Shown here one piece after another: positions 59,926 through 64,000 of a stretch of 64,000 bases of DNA. Position 1 is the stretch's first letter, and each line of letters starts with the position of its first letter. The stretch is taken from contig HF997977.1 of NCBI GenBank assembly GCA_000433635.1, positions 129,882 through 193,881 of the forward strand, read 5' to 3'. The notes below the pieces were generated by a model. That model was not told the origin of the DNA and ran no database searches. It worked only from the letters and a program-made list of their open reading frames with translations. The stretch is from Ruminococcus sp. CAG:254. Lineage in GTDB: Bacteria > Bacillota > Clostridia > Oscillospirales > Ruminococcaceae. A program made the position numbers and the translations under genes.

Positions 59926-61090
59926 AGCAAATTTTGATGCGGTTCAGAAACGAAAAAAGCAGCGGACAAAAAACAATTTGAAGAAATTGCTGTTGTTTCT
60001 GCTGATTGCTGCCTTTTGTGGGTATCTATATTTGCAGCGGGATGCTTGGATTCCAAAACTGGAGGGCATCGGGACACGCTATGAATCGGTAATTACACAG
60101 AATGACGGAACACTGGCAGACGGAAACTTTCCGCTTTCCATTACCAAAAATGCCGATTATCGGGCAGCGGTTGTTGAAAACGATTTGTTTATTCTGAATG
60201 CTTCCTATCTGTATCTGTATTCTTTACATGGGGACTTGAAGGAAACCCGACAGCTGGCATATAGCAAGCCGATTTTAAAGAGCAATGATTATTTTGCATT
60301 GCTGTATGAAAATGGCGGAACACGATTCCGTGTGGATCGGCAGAGCGGAAATGTCTATACCAAGACGATGGATCAGGCAATTATTACCGGAGCAATCAGC
60401 TCGACAGGGGTCGTGGCATTGGTAACAGAATCCGATTTGTACAGCTGCGTTTTGCAGATATTTGACAAAAACGGAAAAAAGCTGTATACTCGTAATTGTA
60501 TCGAACGATTGAGCGATATTGCCTTTAATGCAGACAGTACCGGCTGCGTCTTTACGGAGCTGAGTGCCGTAGATGGGGATGTGACGGCAACGCTGAAATG
60601 CATTCAGTTTGATACAACGGACTATACATGGGAATCCGAGCCGCTGACGACTTTGAGTTTAGCACTGTCTTTGACAGAAAACAATCATGCCTGCGTCATC
60701 GGTGATACGACCTGTGCATATTATGATGACAAGGGAAATTTGGAATCGCAGTATGATTACGGCGGAACGCTGGAAAATTATGCAGTGGATGCCGGAAATG
60801 CAGCGGTTTTGATTCGGGATGAAGAAAAGCGAGAAACCAAACTGGTCATTTTCCCCGGCTCTGCATCCGAACCAATTGAAATCGTTGTGAATGGTGATGC
60901 CAAGGCGGTGCAGGTTTATGGCGACCGGGTCTATATGATGAATGCTGAAACCGTCATTGCCTATAACTTCTCTGGGAAAGCTGTGGCAACGGTGCGGTTA
61001 GACAGCACCTATGATTCTTTCCTGAAGAAAGACAATTATCTGTTCTTGCTGCGGTATGATAAAATTGACCGGGTGGACTTTAAAGAATAA
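59915..61090 (+). CDS. membrane-anchored protein with repeated beta-strand-rich ectodomain (DUF5711-like), function unknown
   Basis: Start MGSKANFDA with a GGAGGTGAA RBS. Basic N-terminus plus a single TM helix LLLFLLIAAFCGYLYL. Overlaps the truA stop. Confidence 0.45.
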   Translation: MGSKANFDAVQKRKKQRTKNNLKKLLLFLLIAAFCGYLYLQRDAWIPKLEGIGTRYESVITQNDGTLADGNFPLSITKNADYRAAVVENDLFILNASYLYLYSLHGDLKETRQLAYSKPILKSNDYFALLYENGGTRFRVDRQSGNVYTKTMDQAIITGAISSTGVVALVTESDLYSCVLQIFDKNGKKLYTRNCIERLSDIAFNADSTGCVFTELSAVDGDVTATLKCIQFDTTDYTWESEPLTTLSLALSLTENNHACVIGDTTCAYYDDKGNLESQYDYGGTLENYAVDAGNAAVLIRDEEKRETKLVIFPGSASEPIEIVVNGDAKAVQVYGDRVYMMNAETVIAYNFSGKAVATVRLDSTYDSFLKKDNYLFLLRYDKIDRVDFKE

Positions 61091-61101
61091 GGGAATGGCG
61101 T

Positions 61102-61917
61102 ATGGCATGGTATTATGATTTGGTGGTTCTGGCGATTCTCGCCCTTTGTGTCTGGAATGGCATGCGAAAAGGGGTTAGCCGTTCGCTGCTTCAGACGGCT
61201 GCAACCATTTTGAGTGCAGTTGTGGCTTTGTGGGTGAGTCAACCGCTGGCAGAACTTTGTTATACGGAATTTTTGGAAAAGCCGGTGGTTTCTGCCGTGG
61301 AAGGGCAGCTGAATACGGTAGATGTTACCGGACTGGTACAAACGGCACTTTCTGACAATGGCATTCCGGTTTCGAGAGAACAAGTACAAAGCATGTTGGC
61401 AGACCCAGAGGGAACTGCTGCCCAGTATGGATTCGATTCCGGGTGGGTGAATCAGCAGATAGATGCTGCGGCGGATTCCGTAGAAGAATTGACGAATGGC
61501 GTTTTGCCCAGCTGGCTGATGAAAGAGATTGCCGGAGATGGTGCGGTACAGAAAAAAACTGCAAAATCTGTGATTTCGGGCGATACCCATACAGCTGCAC
61601 AGCAATTGGTGTCAACCTATGGGAAACCAATTCTCTGTTCTGTCTTGCGATCCATTTTGTTTGGTTTGTGCTTTGGGGTTTTGATGCTGCTGTTTCAGGC
61701 AGTTTTATTCCTGATACCCGTACAGCAGATGGGGCTTTCCGTGGATCTGGTTGTTGGGGCATTGGCAGGATTGGCAAAAGCGGGGATTTTGCTCTGGATG
61801 ATGGTCGTATTGACAAAAGTTGTGGTTTCTGCAACAGAGGGAACAACGCCCTTTTTCACAGAGGCAACGATTCAAAAGACGTATCTATTCCAGTTGCTTT
61901 ACGAATTGAAAAAATAA
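61102..61917 (+). CDS. cvpA: CvpA-family membrane protein
   Basis: CvpA-like N-terminus MAWYYDLVVLAILALCVWNGMRKG and 4 TM helices. Confidence 0.55.
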   Translation: MAWYYDLVVLAILALCVWNGMRKGVSRSLLQTAATILSAVVALWVSQPLAELCYTEFLEKPVVSAVEGQLNTVDVTGLVQTALSDNGIPVSREQVQSMLADPEGTAAQYGFDSGWVNQQIDAAADSVEELTNGVLPSWLMKEIAGDGAVQKKTAKSVISGDTHTAAQQLVSTYGKPILCSVLRSILFGLCFGVLMLLFQAVLFLIPVQQMGLSVDLVVGALAGLAKAGILLWMMVVLTKVVVSATEGTTPFFTEATIQKTYLFQLLYELKK

Positions 61918-61968
61918 CTGGTCGGTATTTCATCCACCGACAGAAACTTGCAGAAAGGTGATGGAGTT

Positions 61969-64000
61969 ATGATTTTATGCAGCAGGTGCAAAAAGCGTCC
62001 GGCAGTGGTATTTATTACCTCGCAGCAGGGCAATCAAAAGAAGAATGAAGGACTTTGCATGGTCTGTGCAAAGGAATTAAATATTCCGCAAATCTCTGAA
62101 TATATGAAGCATATGGGCATTACAGATGAAGAACTGGAACAGCTGTCTGACCAGATGATGGATATGATGGATGGGGACAGTTTTGAAATGGGTGGTTCTG
62201 GAACGCTGCCGCCATTTCTCCAGAACATGATGAAGAATATGCCAAATATGCCGCTGTTTTCGGGCGACAATCAGAACGAGGGAGAGGAAACGCTCCCGAG
62301 CGAAGATCTTACCGCAGAACCGCCGAAGCCAAGCAAAAAAGAAAAGCGGAAGAAAAAGAAAGACTTGAAATTCCTGAACAACTACTGCACGAATCTCAGC
62401 CAAAAGGCAGAGGAAGGCAAGATGGATGCCATCATTGGACGGGATAAGGAAATTGAACGGGTTGTGCAAATTCTGTGTCGCCGTACCAAAAACAATCCTT
62501 GCTTGATTGGTGAGCCGGGTGTCGGAAAAACTGCCATTGCAGAGGGCATTGCCCAGCGGATTGCTGCCGGACAAGTTCCGTTTTATCTGAAAGGTAAGCA
62601 AGTTTATCTGCTCGATTTGACTTCTCTGGTGGCTGGAACACAGTTCCGTGGACAGTTTGAAAGCCGTATTAAGGGCTTAGTGAACGAAGTCAAGCAGGAA
62701 GGCAACATCATTCTCTTTATTGATGAATTGCACAACTTGGTTGGAGCAGGCAACTCCGAGGGGTCTATGAATGCTGCGAACATCTTGAAGCCAGCGTTGT
62801 CCCGTGGCGAAGTGCAGGTAATCGGTGCAACCACGTTTGAAGAATATCGGAAGTATATTGAAAAAGATGCTGCACTGGAACGGCGTTTCCAGCCAGTTAC
62901 CGTTAAAGAACCGACAGTAGAAGATACCATTGAGGTTCTGAACGGCATTAAAAAGTATTATGAACAGCACCACCGTGTGCACATTTCAGATGCAATGGTA
63001 CGGCTGTGTGCAAGACTGGCAGAACGGTATATCACAGACCGATTCTTGCCAGATAAGGCGATTGACCTGATGGATGAAAGCTGTGCTTGCACTTGCCTGC
63101 GGTCGCCAGAAATTTCGGAATACGACACCGAAAAGGCAAATCTGGAACAGCTGGAAGTCAAGGAAAAGCAGATGGAAGAACAGACGGAAGAAGTGGATTA
63201 TGAAGCACTTGCAAAGCTCAAGGGCGATATGATTCGTGCAAAAGACCGTCTTGCAGAGCTGCAAAAGAAGGTTGACCAAGTACAGGTAACAGAGGCGGAT
63301 CTTGCAAAAGTCATTGCTCTCTGGACAGGAATCCCAGCCAGCAAGATTCAGGAAACGGAATACACCAAGCTGATTGCACTGGAAGACCACTTGAAAGCCC
63401 GTGTTATTGGACAGGATGAAGCGGTTTCTGCTCTGGCAAAAGCAATCAAGCGGACACGAGTACAGCTGACGAATAAACGCCGTCCGGCATCGTTCATCTT
63501 TGTAGGGCCGACTGGTGTCGGAAAAACCGAACTGGTAAAAGTCTTGTCAGAGGAATTGTTCGATGACAATGACCCGTTGATTCGGTTGGATATGACAGAA
63601 TTTATGGAAAAGCATGCGGTTGCAAGAATGATTGGTTCGCCTCCGGGATATGTCGGTTATGATGAAGCTGGACAGTTGACCGAAAAGGTACGGAGAAAGC
63701 CGTATTCTGTCATTTTGTTCGATGAAATTGAAAAAGCACATCCGGATGTCATGAATATCCTGATGCAGATTTTGGATGAAGGAAAGATTGACGATGCACA
63801 GGGCAGAACTGTCAGCTTTGCAAATACAATTATCTGCATGACTTCCAACGCTGGTTCTACAGACAAGAGCATTGGAGTTGGATTCAACCGGACAGAAGAG
63901 GAAGTTACCAAGGAACGGGCAATGAAAGCCCTGCGGGAATTCCTGCGGCCGGAATTCATTGGACGAATTGATGAAATCATTGTATTCAACAAGCTGACGA
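61969..64000 (+). CDS. clpE: ClpE/ClpC-like AAA+ ATP-dependent Clp protease ATP-binding subunit with N-terminal zinc ribbon, 3' end beyond window
   Basis: CSRCKK...CMVCAKE zinc ribbon. D1 Walker [15 protein letters not shown]2 Walker [13 protein letters not shown]. Absent from the ORF track because no stop codon falls in the window. Confidence 0.85.
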   Translation, partial: MILCSRCKKRPAVVFITSQQGNQKKNEGLCMVCAKELNIPQISEYMKHMGITDEELEQLSDQMMDMMDGDSFEMGGSGTLPPFLQNMMKNMPNMPLFSGDNQNEGEETLPSEDLTAEPPKPSKKEKRKKKKDLKFLNNYCTNLSQKAEEGKMDAIIGRDKEIERVVQILCRRTKNNPCLIGEPGVGKTAIAEGIAQRIAAGQVPFYLKGKQVYLLDLTSLVAGTQFRGQFESRIKGLVNEVKQEGNIILFIDELHNLVGAGNSEGSMNAANILKPALSRGEVQVIGATTFEEYRKYIEKDAALERRFQPVTVKEPTVEDTIEVLNGIKKYYEQHHRVHISDAMVRLCARLAERYITDRFLPDKAIDLMDESCACTCLRSPEISEYDTEKANLEQLEVKEKQMEEQTEEVDYEALAKLKGDMIRAKDRLAELQKKVDQVQVTEADLAKVIALWTGIPASKIQETEYTKLIALEDHLKARVIGQDEAVSALAKAIKRTRVQLTNKRRPASFIFVGPTGVGKTELVKVLSEELFDDNDPLIRLDMTEFMEKHAVARMIGSPPGYVGYDEAGQLTEKVRRKPYSVILFDEIEKAHPDVMNILMQILDEGKIDDAQGRTVSFANTIICMTSNAGSTDKSIGVGFNRTEEEVTKERAMKALREFLRPEFIGRIDEIIVFNKLT

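Overview
This 64-kb window is a chromosomal segment of a low-GC Gram-positive anaerobe, about 46-48% GC, with AGGAGG-type ribosome-binding sites (RBSs) and many sigma-A promoters at or near consensus. A dockerin-bearing glycoside hydrolase family 48 (GH48) cellulase and a second dockerin protein point to a cellulosome-producing Ruminococcus-like organism (Oscillospiraceae). Most genes are housekeeping: two D-Ala-D-Ala carboxypeptidases, a GldA/F/G-like ABC system with a DUF4340 partner, a MATE efflux pump, pncA-pncB NAD salvage, hisC, a GH1 beta-glucosidase with a divergent AraC regulator, metY, nifS-nifU, tgt, uppP, class 3 fructose-1,6-bisphosphatase, paaK plus an ACT protein, an NhaP-type antiporter, pheA, ruvCAB, glmM, ecfA1A2T, yfhO, truA, cvpA and a partial ClpE-like ATPase. 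The main non-ordinary feature is a roughly 14.6-kb bidirectional cell-wall polysaccharide locus (22618-37223). It is arranged as two mirror-image arms diverging from back-to-back promoters. It encodes UDP-galactopyranose mutase, two GlfT2-like GT2 galactofuranosyltransferases, a Wzm/Wzt ABC exporter, one stand-alone polysaccharide pyruvyl transferase (PvT), and two large paralogous fusion proteins. Each fusion joins a ferredoxin/F420-hydrogenase-beta-like (FrhB) flavin/Fe-S domain to a PvT domain, in opposite domain order, and each carries its own extra C-terminal domain. No tRNA, rRNA, CRISPR, transposase or integrase is visible. All assignments rest on motif recognition in translated ORFs; no database search was possible. 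Boundaries re-derived by hand may be off by 1 nt.
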